This document shows, piece after piece, positions 20,733 through 28,801 of a stretch of DNA of 64,000 nucleotides. The notes below the pieces were generated by a model that saw nothing but the letters and a program-made list of their open reading frames with translations, made no database searches and had not been told where the DNA came from. Origin of the DNA: Actinomycetota bacterium (GTDB lineage: Bacteria > Actinomycetota > UBA4738 > HRBIN12); the NCBI GenBank assembly GCA_036556805.1, contig DATBIS010000005.1:7782-71781 (forward strand). Reading direction: 5' to 3'. Made by a program: the position numbers and the translations under genes. The first letter of the stretch is position 1, and each line of letters starts with the position of its first letter.

Positions 20733-21616
20733 CGTTTCGGGAAGCCCTCGGTGTCGCCCACGGTCGTGGCGACCGCCGCACCGCACCGCGCGCCCTCGGC
20801 GAGCGCTGTCGCCGGGTCCGCGCCCGAGAGACGGGCGGCGAGATAGCCGGCGTTGAACGCGTCGCCGGCGCCGACGGGGTCGACGTCCGCGCGAGGCTCG
20901 CCCTCGAGCTCGTGCCAGCCGCCGCGCTCGTCGAGCGCGGCGGCGCCCCGAGGCCCGCGCTTCACCACCACCTCACGGGGACCGCTCGCGCGGCAACGCC
21001 GCGCGAGCTCCTCCGCCGAACCCGGCCCCACGAGCGCGGCGAGCTCCCGCTCGCCCGCCAGCACCAGCGTGGCGCGTTCGACCAACGGAAGCACGAGCTC
21101 GGGCGCGCGATCCGAACCCCAGAGCCCCGCCCGGAGGTTCGGATCGACCGCGCGGACGCCGCCGGCGCGTTCGAGCAGCGAGATCGCCGCACGCCCCGGA
21201 CCGTCGCCGATCAGCGCCGTGATGCCGGTCACGAGCACGGCGCGGGCGTCCTCGACCGGCACACCGTCCAGATCCTTGGGCGACAGCGCGCTCGCGGCCG
21301 ACGCCAAGCGGTAGTAGACGACCGCGCCGGTCGTGTCGCGGAGCATGAGGCCGGTCGGGCGGCCCGGGTCCCGCGTCACCCAGCGGACGTCGACGCCCTC
21401 GCGCTCGAGCGCGGCGGCCACGCGTTCGCCCGGGACGTCGGCGCCCAGCCTGCTCACCCAGGCCGTACGCAATCCCAAGCGGGCGAAGCCGACGCACGCA
21501 TTGCTCTCCGCGCCGCCGTGCGTCACGTGAAGCGAGCCGGCGCCCGCGAGCGTTCCCTCGGCGACGAGCGAGAGCATCGTCTCGCCGACCGCGACGAGGT
21601 CGAAGCGCGCGCTCAC
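20729..21616 (-). CDS. kdgK: PfkB-family sugar kinase, 2-dehydro-3-deoxygluconokinase-like
   Basis: GGAESN and C-terminal DPVGAGDAFNAGY PfkB signatures. GTG start overlaps the eda stop (GTGA). Confidence 0.8.
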   Translation of the reverse strand: MSARFDLVAVGETMLSLVAEGTLAGAGSLHVTHGGAESNACVGFARLGLRTAWVSRLGADVPGERVAAALEREGVDVRWVTRDPGRPTGLMLRDTTGAVVYYRLASAASALSPKDLDGVPVEDARAVLVTGITALIGDGPGRAAISLLERAGGVRAVDPNLRAGLWGSDRAPELVLPLVERATLVLAGERELAALVGPGSAEELARRCRASGPREVVVKRGPRGAAALDERGGWHELEGEPRADVDPVGAGDAFNAGYLAARLSGADPATALAEGARCGAAVATTVGDTEGFPKR

Positions 21617-22227
21617 GGCGAGGCGGCGACGCGCGCGACGGCGGCGGCGCGCGCCGCGACGCGCTTCAGCTCGCCGTCTCCGTGCGGCGGCGTCCGGCCC
21701 ACCAGCTCGCCGCCCAGCCCCACGCAGGTGGCCCCGGCCTCGAGGTAGCCCTGCACCTCCTTGATCGCGATGCCTCCCGTCGGCACGAACGGCGTCGTGG
21801 GGAACGGTCCGCGCAACGCGCGCACGTATGCGGGGCCTCCCGTCGAGGCGGGGAAGAGCTTCACGGCCTTCACGCCCAGCGCGAGCGCCCGGAGGATCTC
21901 GGTGGCGGTGAACGCGCCGGCGATCGGCTCCAGCCCGCGGTCCAGCGCCTCGGCGATCACCTCGTCGACGGTTCCGGGGGTCACGACGAACCGGGCTCCG
22001 GCGTCGGCGCAGGCGCGCACCTGCTCGGCGGTGACCACGGTGCCCACGCCGACCGTTCGCCCCTTCGCGGCCGACCTCTCGACCGCATCGAGGGCGCCCG
22101 GGGTGTCGATCGTGACCTCGGAAAGACCGATCCCGCCCGCGTCGAGCGCATCGAGGGTCGCTTCGACGTCCCCCTCGGAACGGAACCGAACGATCGCGAG
22201 CACGCGGGACGATTCGATCACCGACAT
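21613..22227 (-). CDS. eda: KDPG/KHG aldolase
   Basis: Typical Eda length (204 aa) and blocks (VLAIVR, GIGLSEVT, GAGTV-like GVGTVV, KLFPA with the Schiff-base lysine, PTGGI). Confidence 0.85.
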   Translation of the reverse strand: MSVIESSRVLAIVRFRSEGDVEATLDALDAGGIGLSEVTIDTPGALDAVERSAAKGRTVGVGTVVTAEQVRACADAGARFVVTPGTVDEVIAEALDRGLEPIAGAFTATEILRALALGVKAVKLFPASTGGPAYVRALRGPFPTTPFVPTGGIAIKEVQGYLEAGATCVGLGGELVGRTPPHGDGELKRVAARAAAVARVAASP

Positions 22228-22281
22228 CGCGCGCTCCCTTGACCCGGGCGGACGGCCCAGCGTAGCATCGCGCGAGTTCAG

Positions 22282-22298
22282 TTAGGAAACTTTCCTAT
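22282..22298. promoter_or_regulatory. Operator box 2: TTAGGAAACTTTCCTAT
   Basis: Second copy of the palindrome, in the eda / ROK divergent intergenic region. It starts 14 nt after a TAGCAT hexamer (22263-22268) and ends 8 nt before the SD GGGAGGG (22307-22313). Confidence 0.7.
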
Positions 22299-22383
22299 CA
22301 CGGATCGGGAGGGTGCGACGCCGACGGAACAGACGTTCGCCGCGGGGACGCCCAGCCTCCTTCGCGCGATCAACGAGCGGACC

Positions 22384-23523
22384 GTGCTCGAGTTCATCCG
22401 GCAGGTCGGTCCCGTCTCCCGCGCGCAGATCGCGAGGGACTCCGGACTCTCGAAGCCGACGGTCTCGCAGGCGCTCTCGGCGCTCGCGCGCGCGAAGCTC
22501 GTGCGCGAGGCCGGGCGATCGTCGGGCGGGAAGGGGCCCACCGCCGTGCTCTACGAGCTGAACCCGAGGGCCGGATGGGTGGTGGGCATCGACGTGGGCC
22601 GCGACCGCGTGCGCGCGGCGATCGCCGACCTCACCGGGGACTTCATCGCTCGCCGCGACGAGCGGGCGCGGGTGCGGAGCGCGGACACCCTCCTCGAGCA
22701 GATCGGAGAGATCTCCCACGGCCTCGCGGCCGAGGCGGGCATCCGCTGGCGGCAGGTCACCTCGGCGGCCGTCGCGAGCCCCGGAGTCCTGGAGCCCGCC
22801 CGAGGCAAGGTCTCGCTCGCTCACAACCTGCCGGGATGGGGGCGCCTCGGCCTCGTGGAGGCGCTGCGGAAGGAGCTCGGCACGGCACTCACGTTCGAGA
22901 ACGACGTGAACCTCGCGACGGTGGGCGAGCAGTGGCGCGGCCTCGGCAAAGACGTGCAGAACTTCGTGTTCCTGCACGTCGGGACCGGGGTGGGGATGGG
23001 GTTGGTGGTAAACGGCCGCCTGTTCCGGGGCGCGCACGGTGCGGCCGGCGAGGTCGGGTACCTGCCGCTCGCGACCGCCGACCCGCACGATCCCGAGAAC
23101 CTGCGTCACGGCGCCCTCGAGGGGGCGGTGGGAGCGGCCGGCGTGGTGGAGCTCGCTCGCTCGCTCGGCATGGAGGCCCCACTCACGCCGAGGAAGATCT
23201 TCCACGCCGCGCGAAAGGGCGATCCCATCCCCCGGAAGGTGGTCGACCTGGTCGCGGACCGGATCGCGCTCGGGATCGCCGCCGTGGTCCCCGTGGTCGA
23301 TCCCGAGCTCGTGATCCTCGGGGGAGGGATCGGACAGAACGGTGACCTCCTGCTCGAGCGGATCGAGCGCGAGCTGCAGACGCTCTCGCCCTTCCACCCC
23401 AGGATCGAGATTTCGGCGCTGGGTGAAGACGCGGAGCTGAACGGGGCCGTCGCCACCGCACTTCAGGAGGCCCAGGACCAGTTGTTCGCCCGCGCCGACG
23501 CGCGGGGAGGCATCGCCGTATGA
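22384..23523 (+). CDS. ROK-family transcriptional repressor (NagC/CsnR-like); N-terminus probably extends to about 22318
   Basis: wHTH (VSRAQIARDSGLSKPTVSQAL) plus a ROK sugar-kinase-like domain. 22384 is the first canonical start, but the conserved helix LLRAINERT is encoded in-frame upstream (see findings). Confidence 0.85.
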   Translation: MLEFIRQVGPVSRAQIARDSGLSKPTVSQALSALARAKLVREAGRSSGGKGPTAVLYELNPRAGWVVGIDVGRDRVRAAIADLTGDFIARRDERARVRSADTLLEQIGEISHGLAAEAGIRWRQVTSAAVASPGVLEPARGKVSLAHNLPGWGRLGLVEALRKELGTALTFENDVNLATVGEQWRGLGKDVQNFVFLHVGTGVGMGLVVNGRLFRGAHGAAGEVGYLPLATADPHDPENLRHGALEGAVGAAGVVELARSLGMEAPLTPRKIFHAARKGDPIPRKVVDLVADRIALGIAAVVPVVDPELVILGGGIGQNGDLLLERIERELQTLSPFHPRIEISALGEDAELNGAVATALQEAQDQLFARADARGGIAV

Positions 23524-23588
23524 CCCCGGCCACGTACACCCAAGGAGACCGGCATCGTCCCCGCGATCGGGAGAGGGAGGAACGGCAC

Positions 23589-24941
23589 ATGAAGCGATTG
23601 TTGGTGTCGACGCTCGTGTTCGCGCTCGCCGTGACCGCGTGCACCGCGGGTGGCAACACCTCGACCCCCGCCACCATCAACCCGAGCGAGTCGCACGAAC
23701 CGGTGACCCTCGAGATCTGGGGCGCCTGGTCGGGCCGCGAGCTCAAGCAGTTCAACCAGATCTTCGACGGGTTCACCGCCCAGTACCCGTGGATCACGGT
23801 GAACAGCACGGGCAGTGTGGGAGACCAGAAGATCATCGCTGGCATCAACAGCGGCACGCCGCCGGACGTGGTGCTCTCGTTCACGCCCGACCGGGTCGGC
23901 GCGTTCTGCGCGACCGGCGGTTGGCAGGACCTGATGCCGTATATGGACCAAACGGGCTTCGATCTCAGCCAGATCCCGGAGGGGGCGCTCGCGTACACGA
24001 GCTACGGCGGCAGCCAGTGCGCGCTGCCGTTCCTCACGGACACGTACGGCCTGTACTACAACATCGACATGTTGGAGAAGGCGGGCATCTCGGATCCTCC
24101 GAAGACGCTCTCCGAGCTGCAGGCCGATGCGAAGAAGCTCACCGTCATCAACTCGAGCGGCGAGATCGAGGTCGCGGGGTTCGTGCCCTGGTTCGGGTAC
24201 TACGAGTTCAGCCCGTTGAACATGTCCATCATGTTCGATGCCCCCTGGTACAACGCCGACGGGACCCAGTCGGCGGTCGGGACGGACCCCGCCTGGCAAA
24301 CGATGTTCGAGTGGCAGAAGCAGTTCATCGCGGACGTGTACGGCGATGGTGACTTCGCGACGGGGGCCGACCGGCTCCAGCGCTTCGTCGCCGGTGCGGG
24401 CGAGGAGTTCTCGACGGCGCACGACATGTACACCGGCCGGATCGCGATGAACCTCGACGGCGAATGGCGCACGGCGTTCATCGCGGACGAGAAGCCCGAC
24501 ATGAACTACGGGACGGCGCCGCTGCCGACGCCCGACGACCTCGCGAGCAACTACGGCATGGGCCCGATGTACGGCACGATCATCGGCATGCCCAAGGGCT
24601 CCCCGCACCCCGCCGAGGCGTGGCTGCTGCTCCAGTACATGGCGACGGACACGGATACGCTCGTGTACATGGCGAACAACGTGCGGAACGTGCCGACGAC
24701 GCTCGCGTCGCTCGACTCGCCAGACCTGGACGTGACGCCGCAGTTTCAGACGTTCCTGGACATCTTCACGAACCCGCTGTCGCGGGACAAGGAGCCGACG
24801 GCGATCGGGTCCGCCGACCAGGAGACGGTCTCGAGCTTCGCCGAGAAGTGGCAGACGAACGCGGACTCGGACCTCGCCGGCGGACTGCAGCAAGCCGCCA
24901 CGCAGATCGACGACCAGCTCGCCCAGCAGCAGGGACCATAG
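23589..24941 (+). CDS. ABC transporter solute-binding lipoprotein (family 1, oligosaccharide type)
   Basis: ATG 23589 follows GGGAGAGGGAGG. Signal peptide with lipobox LAVTAC. SBP_bac_1-like blocks (LEIWGAW, AGINSGTPPDV). Confidence 0.85.
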   Translation: MKRLLVSTLVFALAVTACTAGGNTSTPATINPSESHEPVTLEIWGAWSGRELKQFNQIFDGFTAQYPWITVNSTGSVGDQKIIAGINSGTPPDVVLSFTPDRVGAFCATGGWQDLMPYMDQTGFDLSQIPEGALAYTSYGGSQCALPFLTDTYGLYYNIDMLEKAGISDPPKTLSELQADAKKLTVINSSGEIEVAGFVPWFGYYEFSPLNMSIMFDAPWYNADGTQSAVGTDPAWQTMFEWQKQFIADVYGDGDFATGADRLQRFVAGAGEEFSTAHDMYTGRIAMNLDGEWRTAFIADEKPDMNYGTAPLPTPDDLASNYGMGPMYGTIIGMPKGSPHPAEAWLLLQYMATDTDTLVYMANNVRNVPTTLASLDSPDLDVTPQFQTFLDIFTNPLSRDKEPTAIGSADQETVSSFAEKWQTNADSDLAGGLQQAATQIDDQLAQQQGP

Positions 24942-25046
24942 GGAGGAGCCACGGCCGCATCGACCACGCAGATCACGCGGGCGCCCGTCGAGGTCGCCGC
25001 CATCCGGCGGCGGCCTCGCCGGCGCGACCCGAAGCACGCGCTCACC

Positions 25047-25952
25047 GTGCTGGCGTTCATGGCACCGTGGATCCTCGGGTTCCTGGGCCTGATCCTCTAC
25101 CCGATGCTCTCGAGCCTGTACTTCTCGTTCACGAGGTACTCGCTGCTCGACCAGCCCCAGTGGATCGGTCTGGACAACTACGTCTTCATGTTCACGAAGG
25201 ACCCGTACTTCTGGATCACGCTGCGGAACACGCTATGGATCATCGTGGTGGGCGTGCCGTCGAGGGTCGCGTTCGGCATCATCACCGCCTGGCTCCTCAC
25301 CCTCCCAAGGAAGGGCACGCGGACCTATCGCACGATGTACTTCATGCCCTCGATCGCGCCGCCAGCCGCGGCCGCGCTCGCGTTCGTCCTGGTCTTCCAG
25401 CCTGCGTTCGGGCCGGTGAACCAGATCCTTCGCGGACTCGGGATGCGTGAACCGCCGCTCTGGTTCTACGGACCGGGATCGTCGAAGTGGGGCCTGGTGC
25501 TGCTCGGTCTGTGGGGCATCGGGGACGCGATGATCATCTTCCTCGCCGGGCTCCTGAACGTGCCCCGCCAGCTCTATGAGGCGGCGGACATCGAGGGCGC
25601 GAACGGCCGGCAGAAGTTCCGCCACGTGACGCTCCCGATGATCTCGCCGGTGATCTTCTTCTCCACCGTGATCGGGATCATCTACGGCTTCCAGCTGTTC
25701 ACCCAGGCCTACGTCGCGAGCGTGGCGACGAGCGGCTCGTCGGTGACCGACGTGGCTTCGAACATCGGAAGCCCGCAGAACTCGATGCTGTTCTTCTCGG
25801 TGTACCTGTACAAGACCGGCTTCCAGGACTTCCGCATGGGGTACGCGTCGGCGCTCGCGTGGGTGCTCTTCGTGATCACGATGGTGTGCACCCTCACCAT
25901 CATCAAGGGCTCGCGGCGCTGGGTCTTCTATCAGGGGGGTGGCTTTCGATAG
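25047..25952 (+). CDS. ABC sugar permease (MalF/CUT1 type); start may be upstream at about 24951
   Basis: Six-TM BPD_transp_1 pattern with an EAA-like loop (YEAADIEGANGRQKF). GTG 25047 is the first canonical start, but the basic N-terminal segment is encoded in-frame upstream after an SD. Confidence 0.8.
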   Translation: MLAFMAPWILGFLGLILYPMLSSLYFSFTRYSLLDQPQWIGLDNYVFMFTKDPYFWITLRNTLWIIVVGVPSRVAFGIITAWLLTLPRKGTRTYRTMYFMPSIAPPAAAALAFVLVFQPAFGPVNQILRGLGMREPPLWFYGPGSSKWGLVLLGLWGIGDAMIIFLAGLLNVPRQLYEAADIEGANGRQKFRHVTLPMISPVIFFSTVIGIIYGFQLFTQAYVASVATSGSSVTDVASNIGSPQNSMLFFSVYLYKTGFQDFRMGYASALAWVLFVITMVCTLTIIKGSRRWVFYQGGGFR

Positions 25953-25984
25953 CGACGGCGACCGCGGCACCACCTGCAGCACGC

Positions 25985-26848
25985 GTGGCCGACATCACGC
26001 CACGTCCCGTCCCCGAGGTCGTGCGTCGCCGGCGCTTCCTCCTCGCGGTCGGGCGCCATGCCGTGCTCATCAGCGTGGCGGCGGCCTTCCTGGCGCCGTT
26101 CCTCTTCATCGTGTTCACGTCGCTCATGACCAGCCAGCAGGCCGTGACGCCGTCGTTTTGGCCACGACCGTTCCAGTGGTCGAACTACGTGGACGTGTTC
26201 CGCCGGATCCCATTCGTCACGTACTTCTGGAACACCACGCAGATCGCCGTGGGCGCGACGATCGGGGTCCTCGTGTCGTGCATCCCCGTGGCGTACGCCT
26301 TGTCGAGGATGCGCTGGCGCGGCCGCCAGTTCGCGTTCGTGCTGATCCTTTCGACGCTGATGCTGCCGTTCCAGGTGACGGTCGTGCCCCTGTACGTCAT
26401 CTGGGTGCGGCTCGGCCAGATCAACCACCTCACGCCGCTGATCCTCCCGGCGTTCCTCGGCGACGCCTTCTCGATCTTCCTGCTCCGGCAGTTCTTCCTC
26501 ACGATCCCGGAGGAGCTCTCCGACGCGGCTCGCGTCGACGGGGCGAGCGAATGGCAGATCATGACGCGCGTGATCGTGCCGCTCGCGAAGCCCGCGATCG
26601 CGGCCGTCGCGTTGTTCCAGTTCCTCTATTCGTGGAACGACCTCTTCGGGCCGCTGCTCTTCCTCGGCGGCAACCAGAAGCTGTGGACGCTCACGATCGG
26701 GCTGTCGGAGTTCCAGTCCCGGCACGGCGTCGAGTGGAACCTCACGATGGCGGCGTCGGTGCTCTTCATGCTGCCGATCATCGTGCTGTTCTTCCTGGCG
26801 CAGCGAGCGTTCATCGAGGGCGTCACCCTCACCGGCGTGAAGGGCTGA
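25985..26848 (+). CDS. ABC sugar permease (MalG/CUT1 type)
   Basis: EAA loop (SDAARVDGASEWQIMTRV) and six TM helices. GTG 25985 is the first start after the upstream stop. The listed ORF start 25859 overlaps the previous permease. Confidence 0.8.
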   Translation: MADITPRPVPEVVRRRRFLLAVGRHAVLISVAAAFLAPFLFIVFTSLMTSQQAVTPSFWPRPFQWSNYVDVFRRIPFVTYFWNTTQIAVGATIGVLVSCIPVAYALSRMRWRGRQFAFVLILSTLMLPFQVTVVPLYVIWVRLGQINHLTPLILPAFLGDAFSIFLLRQFFLTIPEELSDAARVDGASEWQIMTRVIVPLAKPAIAAVALFQFLYSWNDLFGPLLFLGGNQKLWTLTIGLSEFQSRHGVEWNLTMAASVLFMLPIIVLFFLAQRAFIEGVTLTGVKG

Positions 26849-26857
26849 CGCCCTCCC

Positions 26858-27814
26858 ATGTCGATCCGGGTCGCCCTGTTCGGGTGCGGGTGGATTCAGG
26901 ACTTCCACGCGCGCGGCGTGCGGGCGCACCCGGATGGCGAGCTCGTCGCGGTCGCGAACCACCGCGAGGAGACCGCGCACGCGTTCGCCGAACGACACGA
27001 GATCGAACGCGTGACGACGGACTGGCGGACGCTCGCCGCCGATCCCGCCGTGGACGCCGCGATCGTGGCGACGCCGAACGCCCTGCACGCACCCCAGGCC
27101 GTGGAGCTCCTGCGCGCCGGCAAGCACGTGCTGGTCGAGAAGCCGATGGCGACCTCGGTCGCCGAGTGCGACGCGATGATCCAGGCGGCCGCGGAGGGAT
27201 CGGCGTCGCTCATGGTCGCGCACTGCTGGCGCTTCCACGACGACGTCAGGGCTTTGGGGCGCCGGATCGAGGCCGGCGAGCTCGGCGAGATCGTGAAGAC
27301 CCGAGGGTACGGCGTGCACGTGGACTGGGGGCCCTCGGGATGGTTCGTCGATCGCGAGCTCGCGGGCGGCGGCGCACTCGTCGACATGGGGGTCCACGCG
27401 ATCGACACCGCGCGGTTCCTCCTGGGCGACCCGGTGCCGGAGCGGGTCTGCGCGGCGATCGGCACGCGCTACGCAGCCGGGCGGTACGAGGTCGACGACG
27501 ACGGGGTCGTGCTGATCACGTGGTCGAACGGGACGACCTCCCTCGTGGAGTGCGGGTGGTGGCAGCCGCACCGGGGCGGACCCGAGGCGGATACCGAGGT
27601 CTACGGCACGAGGGGCTACGATCGCGTCTGGCCCGCGGAGGCCCCCGCCGACGACGAGCTTGGGCTCCAGCCCATGTATTCGGCACAGGTGGGGGAGTTC
27701 CTCGACGCCGTCGGCGAGGGCCGGCGGCCGCGGCCTTCCGGCGAGGACGGGAGGATCGTGATGCAGGTGGTCGAGCGAGCGTATGCCTCCGCGCTCGAGG
27801 CGCACGCGACGTGA
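26858..27814 (+). CDS. Gfo/Idh/MocA-family NAD(P)-dependent oxidoreductase (or NAD-dependent glycosidase-like)
   Basis: N-terminal Rossmann VALFGCGWI and the EKP motif (VLVEKPMA). Confidence 0.85.
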   Translation: MSIRVALFGCGWIQDFHARGVRAHPDGELVAVANHREETAHAFAERHEIERVTTDWRTLAADPAVDAAIVATPNALHAPQAVELLRAGKHVLVEKPMATSVAECDAMIQAAAEGSASLMVAHCWRFHDDVRALGRRIEAGELGEIVKTRGYGVHVDWGPSGWFVDRELAGGGALVDMGVHAIDTARFLLGDPVPERVCAAIGTRYAAGRYEVDDDGVVLITWSNGTTSLVECGWWQPHRGGPEADTEVYGTRGYDRVWPAEAPADDELGLQPMYSAQVGEFLDAVGEGRRPRPSGEDGRIVMQVVERAYASALEAHAT

Positions 27815-28797
27815 GCGTCTTCCTCGGCGTCGACGGCGGTGGGACGAAGACGCACGCCGTGGTGGCGGACGGGGCTGGCACTCCCCTCGGGGTCGGCGTG
27901 AGCGGCGCGTCCAACTGGGAGGACGTGGGCCTGGACGGCGCCGTCGCCACGGTGGGCGCGGCGGTCGAGGAGGCCTTCGGGCAGGCGAACCTCGGCCCTT
28001 CGGATGCGACGGCGGCCGTCTTCGGCCTCGCCGGACTGGACTGGGAGAGCGATCGCCGGCGCCTCGCGATCGTCCCGGAGTCGCTCGGGCTTGCGTGCGA
28101 GTGGCTGACGGTGAACGACTCGTTCGTCGCGCTCCGCGCCGGCGCCAACCATCCGTGGGGGATCGTCGTGATCGCCGGCACCGGGGCCGTCGCCGCCGGC
28201 CGGGACCCCGATGGGCAGGAGTTTCGAACCCTCGGGCTCGGCCCGGTGTACGGCGACTACGGGAGCGCCTCGGAGATCGGAGAGGCGGCGATGCGCGCCG
28301 TGGCGGAGTGGTTCATCGGGCTCGGCGGCGCGACGGCGCTCACCGACGCCTTGTGCCTGCATGCTGGCGTCGACACCGCGCAAGAGCTCCTCGAACGCTA
28401 CAGCCGGAGCCAGGAGCCACTCGACCCGATCGCCCGCGTCGTGATGAAGGTCGCCGACGAGGGCGACCCGACTGCGAGGACCATCGCCGAGCGCGCCGGC
28501 GCCGGCCTGGGTGCTCGCGCGGCGCTCGTGGCGCGCAAGCTCTCGATGCAGCAGTTGCCCGTCGAGGTGGTGCTCGCAGGAGGAGTGTTCCGGAGCGCGA
28601 ACCGCGCGTTGATGGCCGCGTTCGAGATGGAGCTTCGCCGAACGGTGCCGCGCGCGGCGGTCTCGCGGCTGGAGGTCCCGCCGGTCGTCGGGGCCGTGCT
28701 GCGCGCGATGGAGCTCGTCGGCGTTGAGCCGCCCGGAGCCGTGCACCTGCACCTCTCGCTCGAGGTGATCAAGCACCTCGGCTACGAGTTCGCCTGA
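27811..28797 (+). CDS. BadF/BadG/BcrA/BcrD-type ATPase (N-acetylglucosamine-kinase-like sugar kinase), copy 2
   Basis: FLGVDGGGTKT phosphate-1 motif and AGTGAV, GGGVF motifs. GTG 27811 overlaps the upstream stop (GTGA). Only the last 328 codons of the 952-aa track ORF are credible. Confidence 0.8.
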   Translation: MSVFLGVDGGGTKTHAVVADGAGTPLGVGVSGASNWEDVGLDGAVATVGAAVEEAFGQANLGPSDATAAVFGLAGLDWESDRRRLAIVPESLGLACEWLTVNDSFVALRAGANHPWGIVVIAGTGAVAAGRDPDGQEFRTLGLGPVYGDYGSASEIGEAAMRAVAEWFIGLGGATALTDALCLHAGVDTAQELLERYSRSQEPLDPIARVVMKVADEGDPTARTIAERAGAGLGARAALVARKLSMQQLPVEVVLAGGVFRSANRALMAAFEMELRRTVPRAAVSRLEVPPVVGAVLRAMELVGVEPPGAVHLHLSLEVIKHLGYEFA

Positions 28798-28801
28798 ACG
28801 T

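Noticed and set aside
25939-28797. 952-aa plus-strand ORF spanning the permease, oxidoreductase and kinase genes
   Set aside because: Only the last 328 codons (from GTG 27811) give a recognisable BadF-type ATPase. The upstream part is an Arg/Pro-rich frame overlapping genes with clear family motifs in other frames.
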